Source: an uncultured Chloroflexia bacterium (GTDB lineage Bacteria > Chloroflexota > Limnocylindria > Limnocylindrales > CSP1-4). Taken from it: DNA of 64,000 nt. Position numbers and translations under genes: made by a program. The notes under the pieces were generated by a model. That model had not been told where the DNA came from and made no database searches. It worked only from the letters and a program-made list of their open reading frames with translations. Location: the NCBI GenBank assembly GCA_963748625.1, contig CAVVJT010000007.1, positions 288,001 to 352,000 on the forward strand. The letters run 5' to 3'. Positions 34,665-43,622 of the stretch are shown here, piece by piece. The first letter of the stretch is position 1. Every line of letters begins with the position of its first letter.

Positions 34665-35855
34665 TCAGCGGAGGTGGGCGTGCTCGGGCTCGCCGGGCAC
34701 GACGTCGGAGAGGTCCAGGTGGCCGGGCAGCGGGCGGTCGAGCACCTCGGCGAGGACCGCCGGGATGGGATCCACGGAGTCCCGGTTCAACGGCAGCCTG
34801 ACGTGGACATCCTCGGGGCGGACGGCGTCGTCGGCGTCGCGCCCCCGAGCCGGGTCCGCCGTCCACTCGAGGGCCACGGCCCCCGACGTGAAGCCGGCCC
34901 CGAAGGCGACGAAGACGAGCTTGTCGCCAACCCGCACGCGCCCCTCGTTGACCGCCTCGGCGAGCGCGATCGGCACGGACGCCGCGGACGTGTTGCCGTA
35001 GCGGTGGAGGTTCACGTAGATCTTGTCCATCGAGAGGTCGAGGCCCTTGGCCACCGCCTCGATGATCCGCATGTTCGCCTGGTGCGGGATGATCAGGTCC
35101 ACGTCGTCCTGGGTCCAGCCGGCCTTGCCGACCGCGGCCAGCGCGGTGGAGGCGAGCGTCCGGGTCGCGAACCGGTACGTCTCCTTGCCCTCCATCCGGA
35201 TCTTGTGCTCCTTGCGGTCGATCGTGCCGGAGGACGGCGGGCTCGCGGACCCCCCGGCGGGCAGCCAGATCATGTAGGCGCCCTGGGGATCGGTGGTGAG
35301 CTCGATGCCCACGGTGGATGTCGGCTCGTCGGTGGCCGAGAGGACCACGGCGCCCGCGCCGTCGCCGAAGAGGATGCAGGTGCCCCGGTCCTCGTAGTCG
35401 AGGAAGCGGGTCAGCAGCTCCGCGCCGATGACCAGGACATGGTTCGCCATCCCGGCCTGGAGGTACGCGGTTGCCGTCGAGTAGGCGAAGACGAAGCCCG
35501 AGCAGGCCGCCGACACGTCGAACGCCGGCGCCCGGGTGTTGCCGATCGCCTCCTTGACCAGCGCCGCGGTGGAGGGCATCCAGTAATCCGGCGTCAGCGT
35601 GGCAAGCACGATCAGGTCGATGTCGTCGGGAACGAGGCCGGCCGTGTGGATGGCCCGCAGGCCGGCGACCGCGGCCATGGAGGCCGTGGTCTCGTCCCGT
35701 CCGGCGACCCGCCGCTCGCGGATGCCGGTGCGGGTGACGATCCACTCGTCGGAGGTGTCCACCATCCGCTCGAGGTCCGCGTTCGTGAGCACCTGCGCCG
35801 GGGCGTAGCGGCCCCAGCCCGTGAGCCGGACGGCGCGGGTGGGTGCGCCGGTCAT
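34665..35855 (-). CDS. fabH: Beta-ketoacyl-ACP synthase III with C-terminal extension
   Basis: DTSDEWIVTRTGI, AACSGF, LFGDGAGA, PHQANMRII, GNTSAAS, FGAGFT. Confidence 0.95.
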   Translation of the reverse strand: MTGAPTRAVRLTGWGRYAPAQVLTNADLERMVDTSDEWIVTRTGIRERRVAGRDETTASMAAVAGLRAIHTAGLVPDDIDLIVLATLTPDYWMPSTAALVKEAIGNTRAPAFDVSAACSGFVFAYSTATAYLQAGMANHVLVIGAELLTRFLDYEDRGTCILFGDGAGAVVLSATDEPTSTVGIELTTDPQGAYMIWLPAGGSASPPSSGTIDRKEHKIRMEGKETYRFATRTLASTALAAVGKAGWTQDDVDLIIPHQANMRIIEAVAKGLDLSMDKIYVNLHRYGNTSAASVPIALAEAVNEGRVRVGDKLVFVAFGAGFTSGAVALEWTADPARGRDADDAVRPEDVHVRLPLNRDSVDPIPAVLAEVLDRPLPGHLDLSDVVPGEPEHAHLR

Positions 35856-36427
35856 GCGGGCTCCACCTCGATCAGCGGGCTCTTCGCCTTGACCAGGGCG
35901 CCGTTCTCGGCACAGATCCGCACGACGCGCCCGGCAAGGTCGCTCTTGATCTCGTTGAACAGCTTCATGGCCTCGATCAGCCCGATGATCTGGCCGACCG
36001 ACACGTGGTCGCCCACCTTGACGTACGCCGTGGCTCCGGGGGAGGGGGCGCCGTAGTAGATGCCGGTGAGCGGCGCCTTGACGGAGGGCTTCACGGCCGC
36101 CGGTGCAGCGCTGGCTGCAGCAGCCGCGTGCGCCGCCGTCGAGGGGGCGTGCATGAGGGCTGTGGCGGCCTCGTGCGGGCCTGCCTCCGCGGCGGCGACC
36201 GCCGCGACGACGGGCCGCTCCAGCGATGCGGCGGAGCGCAGGATCACGGTCGTCCCGCCCGCGGTGACCTCCAGCTCGCCGAGGTCGCTCTTCTCGAGCA
36301 CGGCGGCGAGCCGGTCCACGAGGGCCAGGAGCGACGCGTCGCCACCGGCCGCGGCGCTCGCAGCCTGGCTGACCTCGCGCTGGCCGTCCTCGGCGGGCTC
36401 CTCGCGCGGTTCCTGCTGCTCGCTCAT
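35852..36427 (-). CDS. accB: Biotin carboxyl carrier protein (biotinylatable)
   Basis: APLTGIYYGAPSPGATAYV thumb loop and IEAMKLFNEI biotinylation motif. Confidence 0.95.
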   Translation of the reverse strand: MSEQQEPREEPAEDGQREVSQAASAAAGGDASLLALVDRLAAVLEKSDLGELEVTAGGTTVILRSAASLERPVVAAVAAAEAGPHEAATALMHAPSTAAHAAAAASAAPAAVKPSVKAPLTGIYYGAPSPGATAYVKVGDHVSVGQIIGLIEAMKLFNEIKSDLAGRVVRICAENGALVKAKSPLIEVEPA

Positions 36428-37695
36428 GCGTCCCACCTCCGGAAGACCAGGGCGGTGTTCTGGCCGCCGAACCCGAACGAGTTGGACATCGCGACGGGGA
36501 TGTCGCGACGGGCGGCCGAGCCGGGCGTCAGGTCGAGGCCCTCGGCGTAGTCGTCGGGATTCTCCAGGTTGAGCGTGGGCGGCACCACGCCGTCGCGCAT
36601 CGCCAGGATGGTGACGATCGCCTCCACCGCACCCGCGGCACCCAGCGTGTGCCCCAGCGCGGACTTGGTGGCGGTGACCGCGACGGCACCGGCGTGCTCG
36701 CCGAAGATGGTCCGGATCGCCTGCAGCTCCGCCTTGTCGCCCTCGGGTGTGGAGGTGGCGTGGGCGTTCACGTGCAGGACCTCGGACGGGTCGATCCCCG
36801 CCTTCGCCAGGGCCTTGCGTGCCGCGCGCACCGCGCCGATCCCGCCCGGGGCCGGCAGCGTGATGTGGGAGGCGTCGGCGGTGGCCCCGTAGCCCACCAG
36901 CTCGGCGAGCGGGGTCGCCCCACGGGCCTCGGCATGCTCGAGCGCCTCGAGCACCACGACCCCGCAGCCCTCGCCCAGCACGAAGCCGTCGCGGCCCTTG
37001 TCGAACGGGCGCGAGGCGCGCTCGGGGGCGTCGTTGCGGGTGGAGAGCGCCTTCATCGACGAGAAGCCGCCGACCGTCGCCTCGTGGACGCCGGCCTCGA
37101 CCCCACCTGCGAGCATCACGTCCGCGTCGCCGCGGCGGATGGTCTCCCAGGCCTCGCCCAGCGCGTGGCCCCCCGTCGCACAGGCCGAGACCGTGGCGAA
37201 GTTCGGACCGATGGCCCCGGTCGCGATCGCGATCTGCCCGGCGCCGACGTTGGAGATGCCCATCGGGATGAAGAAGGGGCTGATCCGGTCCGGGCCCTGC
37301 TCGCCCATCTTGAGCACGTTGTCGAACAGCGTGTGGACGCCCCCCAGGCCGGAGCCAAGGATCACGCCCGTGCGCTCGGCCAGCTCGTCCTCAAGCCGCT
37401 CCGGAAGGCCAGCCTGGTCCATCGCCTGGCGCGCGCACACGAGGCCGAACTGGATGTAGCGATCCGTCCGGCGCATCTCCTTGCGATCGAGGACGGCCGA
37501 CGGGTCGAAGTCTTTCACCTCGCCGGCGATCTTCGAGTCCACCCGGGCAGGGTCGAACTGCGCGATCACGGCGACGCCGGAGCGGCCCGCGACGAGCGCC
37601 TCCCACGTTGTGGCGACGTCGTTGCCCAAGGCCGACACCATGCCCATGCCCGTGACGACGACACGCCGCGGCTGCAGCGGCCAGGACCAGCTCAT
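36424..37695 (-). CDS. fabF: Beta-ketoacyl-ACP synthase II
   Basis: RRVVVTGMG, SACATG, SRPFDKGRDGFV, NAHATST, KSALGHTLGAAG, SNSFGFGG. Confidence 0.96.
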   Translation of the reverse strand: MSWSWPLQPRRVVVTGMGMVSALGNDVATTWEALVAGRSGVAVIAQFDPARVDSKIAGEVKDFDPSAVLDRKEMRRTDRYIQFGLVCARQAMDQAGLPERLEDELAERTGVILGSGLGGVHTLFDNVLKMGEQGPDRISPFFIPMGISNVGAGQIAIATGAIGPNFATVSACATGGHALGEAWETIRRGDADVMLAGGVEAGVHEATVGGFSSMKALSTRNDAPERASRPFDKGRDGFVLGEGCGVVVLEALEHAEARGATPLAELVGYGATADASHITLPAPGGIGAVRAARKALAKAGIDPSEVLHVNAHATSTPEGDKAELQAIRTIFGEHAGAVAVTATKSALGHTLGAAGAVEAIVTILAMRDGVVPPTLNLENPDDYAEGLDLTPGSAARRDIPVAMSNSFGFGGQNTALVFRRWDA

Positions 37696-38438
37696 CGGAC
37701 CAGCTTCCCCGTGCGGACGGTGGCGGCGCGGTAGACATCGCCAGGCAGGCCCCGCGCCGAGATCGCATTGGCGACCGGGAGCACGTCGTAGGGCGTGCGC
37801 TTGATCTCCGCGGTCACGTTGCCCTCGTGGATGTCCACCATCGCCCAGGATGCGGTCGGGTCCCCGTCGAACACGTAGCCCGCCGACCCGGCGTTGACGA
37901 TGACCTTCCAGCCGAGGTCGCGGACCTCGGGCACGTGCGTGTGGCCCACACAGATCACGCGGGCGTCGGTGCCGGCGGCCCGTTCGAAGATGATGTTGGC
38001 GTCGAGCGCCTGGTCGAAACCGCGGGTCTGGGACCCGGGCGATCCGTGGACCACGAGGACCAGGGTGTCGTCCACGGTGCGCATCCGGCGCTCGGCCGGG
38101 AGGCGGCGGAGCCAGTCCAACTGGGCATCGCCCAGCTCGTCGTGCGCCCATTCGGCAGCCGCCGTGACGATCTCGGGGACCCCGTCCTGGTACTGCGGGA
38201 ACGCGGCGCCGTAGTCGAAGTCACCCACGGCGATATCCGTGTTGCCCGACACGATCAGCGCACCTTCGGACTCGAGGAAGCGCAGGGCGTCCACGCAGCC
38301 GTTGGGATCGGGCCCGTTGAGGACAAGGTCCCCCGCCACCAGCACGCCGTCGGGCTTGATGCGCCGGATCTCGGCGGCAACCGCCTCGAGGGCGGCCAGG
38401 TTGCCGTGGATGTCGGAGAGGACGGCGATGCGGGTCAC
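37692..38438 (-). CDS. Calcineurin-like metallophosphoesterase
   Basis: SDIHGN, AGDLV, SGNTD, VHGSP, GHTHVP, NAGSAG. Confidence 0.92.
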   Translation of the reverse strand: MTRIAVLSDIHGNLAALEAVAAEIRRIKPDGVLVAGDLVLNGPDPNGCVDALRFLESEGALIVSGNTDIAVGDFDYGAAFPQYQDGVPEIVTAAAEWAHDELGDAQLDWLRRLPAERRMRTVDDTLVLVVHGSPGSQTRGFDQALDANIIFERAAGTDARVICVGHTHVPEVRDLGWKVIVNAGSAGYVFDGDPTASWAMVDIHEGNVTAEIKRTPYDVLPVANAISARGLPGDVYRAATVRTGKLVR

Positions 38439-38556
38439 TGGGCCACCTCCCGGGCCTGCCAGGACGGTGCAGCGCAAGGCGGAGCCGAGCACCGGAGCGA
38501 GCGCACCCGCAGGTGCGTGAGCGAGGAAGCGGAGGCGACAACGCCGCGATGTGCCG

Positions 38557-39072
38557 TCATCGCAGGACCCCGGCCGGAGGGATGATGAAGGAGAGGAGGC
38601 CCTCGCAGGCCACTTCCCCATCGACCGTCGCGACGCCGCGGCCCTTGCCGAAGCGGCTGCCGAGCTTCTCCATCGTGATCTCGAGGCGGAGCACATCGCC
38701 CGGCACGACGACCCGCTTGAACCGGACGTCGTCGATGCCGGCGAACAGCCCGATCCTGTCGCCGAAGCCCGGCTGGTTCGCGACGTAGCAGGCCATGACC
38801 TGGGCGAGCGCCTCCACCTGGAGGACGCCCGGCATCACCGGCAGGCCCGGGAAGTGGCCCCCGAAGAACCACTCGGTCGCGGTGACGGCCTTGATGCCGA
38901 CGATGCGCTTGGCTGCCGGCTCGTACTCCACGACGCGGTCAACGAGCAGGAACGGCCAGCGGTGCGGAATGAGGCTCTCGATCTGGCGGACCGAGAACGG
39001 CGCGGCCATCGAGGGCGCGGCTGCGTCGGGCGGCGAAGCGTTGGGCGAGGCGTCAGGCGTGGCGTCGGTCAC
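38557..39072 (-). CDS. fabZ: 3-hydroxyacyl-ACP dehydratase (start 39072 or 39084)
   Basis: IPHRWPFLLVDRV, FFGGHFPGLPVMPGVLQVEALAQ, FKRVVVPGD. Confidence 0.96.
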   Translation of the reverse strand: MTDATPDASPNASPPDAAAPSMAAPFSVRQIESLIPHRWPFLLVDRVVEYEPAAKRIVGIKAVTATEWFFGGHFPGLPVMPGVLQVEALAQVMACYVANQPGFGDRIGLFAGIDDVRFKRVVVPGDVLRLEITMEKLGSRFGKGRGVATVDGEVACEGLLSFIIPPAGVLR

Positions 39073-39176
39073 GAGCGGCTCCAAGGGGTTGTCAGCGGGG
39101 GGAAGCGTGCGGGATCGGGGCGGCCACGGGCATGCGGGTCCGTGCAGGGCTGCACGTGCCGTGGGCGGCCCGGCGG

Positions 39177-39224
39177 ATCACGAGGACCGCTCCGCGGCGC
39201 ATCAAGAGGACCGCTCCGCGGCGG
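39177..39224. repeat. 24-bp tandem duplication spanning the accC stop codon
   Basis: atcacgaggaccgctccgcggcgc followed by atcaagaggaccgctccgcggcgg. Confidence 0.9.
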
Positions 39225-40572
39225 CCAGGAAGGCGGCGCTGCCGATGCGGTCCATGAGATTCGTGGTGAAGCGGCCTTCCAGGAAGGGCTCGGAGACGAG
39301 CAGTGCGCGGTGGATCGCGGTGTTGGTCACCACGCCCTCGATCACCAGCTCGCTCAGGGCGGCCTTGCCGCGGGCGATCGCCGCCTCGCGCGTGGGCGCC
39401 CAGACGATCAGCTTGCCCAGGAGCGAGTCGTAGTAGGGCGGGATCTCGTAGCCGGAGTAGGCGTGCGAATCGAAGCGCACCCCGGGCCCGCCCGGGGCGT
39501 TGAAGCGCTCGATGGTGCCCGCGCCCGGCCGGAAGTCGTGCTCGGGGTCCTCAGCGTTGATCCGGAACTCGATGGCGTGGCCATCCTGGCGGACGTCGGC
39601 CTGGGTGAAGCCGAGTGGCTCGCCGGCCGCGATCCGGATCTGGGTTGCCACGAGGTCGATGCCGGTCAGCATCTCGGTGACCGGGTGCTCCACCTGGATG
39701 CGGCAGTTGATCTCGATGAAGTAGGCGTTCCCGTCGTTGTCAACGAGGAACTCCAGCGTGCCCACGTTCTCGTAGCCCGCGGCGACCACCGCCTTGATGG
39801 CGCGGTCGGCGAGCGCCGCGCGCCCGGCCGGGGTCATCGCGGGGGATGGGGACTCCTCGAGGATCTTCTGGTGGCGGCGCTGGATGGAGCAGTCGCGCTC
39901 CCAGAGGTGCACGCCGTTCCCGTGCTGGTCCACGGCCACCTGGATCTCGACGTGGCGGTTGTCCTCCAGCCACTTCTCGAGGTACAGGGCGTCGTCGCCG
40001 AAGGCCGCCTTGGCCTCCGACCGGCAGATCGGCAGGACCGCGGCCAGCTCGCGCGCGGAGCGGACCATGCGCATGCCCTTGCCACCGCCGCCCGCGGAGG
40101 GCTTGAGCAGGACGGGATAGCCCACGCGCTCCGCGGCCTCGAGGGCGTCGGCCTCGTCGGCCAGGAGTCCAGAGCCGGGGACGGTCGGCAGGCCGTGGGC
40201 GGCCAGCAGGCGGCGCACCTCCTCCTTGGAGGCGAACCGCTCGAGGACGCCCGCCGACGGGCCGATGAAGGTGAGGCCATGGGCGCGCACCGCGTCGGCG
40301 AAGGCGTCGTCCTCCGAGAGGAAGCCGTAGCCCGGGTGGATCGCGTCACAGCCGGTGACCAGGGCGGCCGAGATGACGGCCGGCGCCGAGAGGTACGAGC
40401 GACGCGCGTCCGCGGGCCCGATGCAGATCGCCTCGTCGGCGAGGAGCGCGGCCAGCGAGTGGCGGTCGGCCTCGGAGTAGGCCACGACGGCCTCGATGCC
40501 CAGCGTGCGGCAGGCGCGCAGGATGCGCAGCGCGATCTCGCCCCGGTTGGCGATGAGGACGCGGCTGATCAC
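39202..40572 (-). CDS. accC: Acetyl-CoA carboxylase biotin carboxylase subunit
   Basis: VLIANRGEIA, HPGYGFLSE, GGGGKGMR, ERDCSIQRRHQK, RIQVEHPVTE, YYDSLLGKL. Confidence 0.97.
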   Translation of the reverse strand: MISRVLIANRGEIALRILRACRTLGIEAVVAYSEADRHSLAALLADEAICIGPADARRSYLSAPAVISAALVTGCDAIHPGYGFLSEDDAFADAVRAHGLTFIGPSAGVLERFASKEEVRRLLAAHGLPTVPGSGLLADEADALEAAERVGYPVLLKPSAGGGGKGMRMVRSARELAAVLPICRSEAKAAFGDDALYLEKWLEDNRHVEIQVAVDQHGNGVHLWERDCSIQRRHQKILEESPSPAMTPAGRAALADRAIKAVVAAGYENVGTLEFLVDNDGNAYFIEINCRIQVEHPVTEMLTGIDLVATQIRIAAGEPLGFTQADVRQDGHAIEFRINAEDPEHDFRPGAGTIERFNAPGGPGVRFDSHAYSGYEIPPYYDSLLGKLIVWAPTREAAIARGKAALSELVIEGVVTNTAIHRALLVSEPFLEGRFTTNLMDRIGSAAFLAAAERSS

Positions 40573-41123
40573 GAGCCGCCCTCCTCGCTGCCGTCATCGT
40601 CGGGATCGTGGAGCTCCACGGGTGCCTCGACGGCGGCGATCTCCTCGCCGTACTCGACCGCCTCGCCGGTCTGGACGAAGACCTCCACGACGGTGCCGTC
40701 GATGGGTGCCACGACGTCCTGCGGGATCCCGAGGAGGTCCACCGTGGCGATCCGGTCGCCAGTGCGGACGCGGGCACCCACCTGCGCGATCGCCTTGAAC
40801 ACCCCGACGGTGGGGGCGGTGGCGACGCCGCGCTTGCGATCGCTCGCGGGGGTGGTGGCGGCATGCGGCACGGTCGGGCGTTCGGCCGCGACCGGCGCGT
40901 TGGGCCGGGCGCGCTCGCTCCGCCTGGCAGCCGGCGTCGCGTGGGGGGTGCGGCGGAGCCGGATCCTCCAGTCGCCCTCGTGGATCTCCAGCTCGCCCAG
41001 GCCGGACGTCGAGAGCTTGGCGACAAGGGCCGGCACGAGGGTGTCGGAGAGATGGGCGAGCGAGGCATGGTCGGCCTGCCGGTCTGCGGCGGTCCGGTCG
41101 CTCAGGTGGCGCGGTTCGGGCAT
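40569..41123 (-). CDS. BCCP-like biotinyl-domain protein lacking the biotinylated lysine (BADC-like)
   Basis: BCCP N-terminus (SGLGELEIHEGDWRIRLRR), Ala/Pro linker, APTVGVF...VGARVRTGDRIATV-DLLGI-PQDVVAPIDGTV...GEAVEYGEEI; EAMK motif and thumb loop absent. Confidence 0.85.
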   Translation of the reverse strand: MPEPRHLSDRTAADRQADHASLAHLSDTLVPALVAKLSTSGLGELEIHEGDWRIRLRRTPHATPAARRSERARPNAPVAAERPTVPHAATTPASDRKRGVATAPTVGVFKAIAQVGARVRTGDRIATVDLLGIPQDVVAPIDGTVVEVFVQTGEAVEYGEEIAAVEAPVELHDPDDDGSEEGGS

Positions 41124-41126
41124 CGG

Positions 41127-42167
41127 CTAGGCGTCCTCGGGGTCTTGGTCGTCGGTCCTGCGGCCCACCTGGAGCGGGGCCGGCAGGCTGCGCGCACCGG
41201 CCTCGAACAGGCCGCGGATGCGGTCGGTGAAGCTTGGCCGCGACGGGATGGTCGGGGTGGTGGGAGGCACCGGCACGGCGATCTCGTCGTACGGCCCAAG
41301 GGCCCGGTAGCGGCGGTACCGCATCTCGAGCAGCTCGTCCACGGGGATCGCACCCAGCCGGTCGAGCTCACGCACGATGGCAGCCTTGAGGCGGCGGGCA
41401 GTCTCGGGGACGTCGGTGTGGGCGCCGTCGGGCGGCTCGGCGATGACCTCGTCCACGACGCCAAGCGCCTGCTGGTCGCCGGCACTCATGCGCATTGCGA
41501 GCGCGGCGGTCGCGGCCTCATCGGTGGTCCGCCACAGGATGCTCGCGCAGCCCTCCGGGGAGATGACCGAGTAGACGGCGTTCTCGAGCGCGAGCACCAC
41601 GTCGCCCACGGCGATCGCGAGCGCGCCGCCCGAGCCGCCCTCGCCGGTGATCACGGTCACGATCGGCGTGCGCAGGCGGGTCATGAGGCCCACGGAACGG
41701 GCGATGGCCTCGGCGATGCCGCGCTCCTCGGACTCGGGGCCGGGATGGGCGCCGGGCACGTCCACGAACGTGACGACCGGGAGGCCGGAGCGCTCGGCGA
41801 GCTCCATGATCCGCATCGCCTTGCGGTATCCCTCCGGATGGGGCATGCCGAAGCTGCGCCGGACGTTCTCCTCGGTGTCGGCGCCCTTCTGCTGGCCGAT
41901 GACGGCCACCCGGTGGCCGCCGATGCGGGCGAACCCGGCGACGATGGCCTCGTCATCACCAAAGACGCGATCGCCGTGGAGCTCCACGAACTCGTCGGCC
42001 ATGACGGCGAGGAGCTCGAGGATCCGCGGCCGGCGCAGGTTCCGTGCGAGCTGGACCCGGCTCCAGACCTCGGCCTTGCGGTCGGCGGGCTCGGCTTCGG
42101 GGCTGGGCGCGTCGGTCGTGTCGGGCGCGGCGGTGGCGTCGCGGCCCCGCAGGAGGCGGTCAACCAC
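41127..42167 (-). CDS. accA: Acetyl-CoA carboxylase carboxyltransferase alpha
   Basis: VQLARNLRRP, ELHGDRVFGDD, FGMPHPEGYRKA, GEGGSGGALA, YSVISPEGCASILW; GGAGG before GTG 42167. Confidence 0.96.
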   Translation of the reverse strand: MVDRLLRGRDATAAPDTTDAPSPEAEPADRKAEVWSRVQLARNLRRPRILELLAVMADEFVELHGDRVFGDDEAIVAGFARIGGHRVAVIGQQKGADTEENVRRSFGMPHPEGYRKAMRIMELAERSGLPVVTFVDVPGAHPGPESEERGIAEAIARSVGLMTRLRTPIVTVITGEGGSGGALAIAVGDVVLALENAVYSVISPEGCASILWRTTDEAATAALAMRMSAGDQQALGVVDEVIAEPPDGAHTDVPETARRLKAAIVRELDRLGAIPVDELLEMRYRRYRALGPYDEIAVPVPPTTPTIPSRPSFTDRIRGLFEAGARSLPAPLQVGRRTDDQDPEDA

Positions 42168-43011
42168 GGGTGGCCTCCACGGGCTGGGGCGCGAGGAAGC
42201 GCAGGATCTGGGCGAGCTCCGGGCGCAGGTCGGCGCGAGTGACGACGCGATCCACGAAGCCATGGCGGTAGAGGAACTCGGAGCGCTGGAACCCGGGTGG
42301 CAGCTCCTGGCCGATGGTGCCCGCGCCCACCCGCGCGCCCGCGAAGCCGATCAGGGCGTTGGGCTCCGCAAGGTTGATGTCGCCCATGGCGGCGTACGAG
42401 GCGAACACGCCACCCGTGGTGGGGTCGGACATGATCGAGACGTAGGGCACCTTGCCGGCGCGCAGGCGCTCCAGGGCCGCCATGGTCTTCGCGAGCTGCA
42501 TCAGCGCCAGCGTCCCCTCCTGCATCCGCGCCCCGCCCGACGCGGAGACGATGACCAGCGGCACCCGTTCGGCAAGGGCGCCCTCGGCGGATCGGGCGAC
42601 CTTCTCGCCCACGACGGCGCCCATCGAGCCGCCCATGAACCCGAAGTCCATCACCAGGATGGCGATCCGCTGGCCCTCGATGCGGCCGAAGCCCCAGACG
42701 GCGGCGTCGCGCAGGCCCGTGGCGACCTGGGCGGCCGCGACGCGATCGGGGTACGGCTTCTGGTCCACGAACCCGAGCGGGTCCACGGACACCAGCCCCG
42801 GGTCACGCTCCTCGAAGGTCCCCTCGTCGAGGAGCTGGCCGAGGCGGGCGGTCGCCGGGAGGCGGAAGTGGTGCCCGCAGGACGGGCACACGTGCATCGC
42901 CTTCTCGAGCGCCTTGTTGAACAGCTGCTCCTGGCACGAGGGACAGCGGGTCCACATCTTCTCGGGGAAGCTGTCCCGGCGGGACCGGAACTGCGGGAAG
43001 TTGACGGGCAT
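42160..43011 (-). CDS. accD: Acetyl-CoA carboxylase carboxyltransferase beta
   Basis: WTRCPSC...VCPSCGHH Zn finger, FMGGSMG, SGGARMQEG, PTTGGVFAS, GFQRSEFL. Confidence 0.97.
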   Translation of the reverse strand: MPVNFPQFRSRRDSFPEKMWTRCPSCQEQLFNKALEKAMHVCPSCGHHFRLPATARLGQLLDEGTFEERDPGLVSVDPLGFVDQKPYPDRVAAAQVATGLRDAAVWGFGRIEGQRIAILVMDFGFMGGSMGAVVGEKVARSAEGALAERVPLVIVSASGGARMQEGTLALMQLAKTMAALERLRAGKVPYVSIMSDPTTGGVFASYAAMGDINLAEPNALIGFAGARVGAGTIGQELPPGFQRSEFLYRHGFVDRVVTRADLRPELAQILRFLAPQPVEATRG

Positions 43012-43622
43012 CAGGCAGGGCCTCCAAGGCCGGCTCCGGCGAGCGCCGCGTGGGCGGCCCGGCGGGCATGGGCGGTGCGGGCGGCGCGGCGCATGAGCGC
43101 CTCCGCGGTGCGGGCGTCGCCGTGGGCCGCGCGCCAGGCGACCCAGGCCACACCCACGATGGAGATGGCGGCAGAGGTGATCGCCGCGCCACCCACGACG
43201 TAAAGCGGGGTGCGGCTGGCGGTATCCCCGGCGGCGCGGGCGACGGCGTCCGCATCCGACGGGTCGAGCTCGCCGGTCAGGACGGCGGCGAGGAGCGGGT
43301 CGTCAAGGCGGCCGGGAGGTACGGCGCCCGGGAACGGGATGAGGGCGCCGCCGCCCACCGCCATGGCAGGAGCTGCCTGCGCGGCGGCCAGCTCGGCAAG
43401 GCGTCCGGCGAGGCGCTCCTCGAAGCGGAACGAGGGGTGGATGCGGACGAGCGAGGCCTGCAGGACGCGAGCGGCATGGCGGAGGCCGGGATCGAGAGCG
43501 GCGTCGGCAGGAACGTCCTCCGCGCGGCGCTCGGCCGCAGCGAGCAGATCCTCGAGGTAGCGATCGGCGACAAGGGCGTCGACCTGGTCTCCATCGCGGT
43601 CGGGCAGGCGCGGCACGGTCAT
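43011..43622 (-). CDS. Hypothetical single-TM protein, putative anti-sigma factor
   Basis: Coupled (ATGA overlap) to the upstream ECF sigma; N-terminal helical region with HPSFRFEERL and one C-terminal TM helix. Confidence 0.6.
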   Translation of the reverse strand: MTVPRLPDRDGDQVDALVADRYLEDLLAAAERRAEDVPADAALDPGLRHAARVLQASLVRIHPSFRFEERLAGRLAELAAAQAAPAMAVGGGALIPFPGAVPPGRLDDPLLAAVLTGELDPSDADAVARAAGDTASRTPLYVVGGAAITSAAISIVGVAWVAWRAAHGDARTAEALMRRAARTAHARRAAHAALAGAGLGGPA

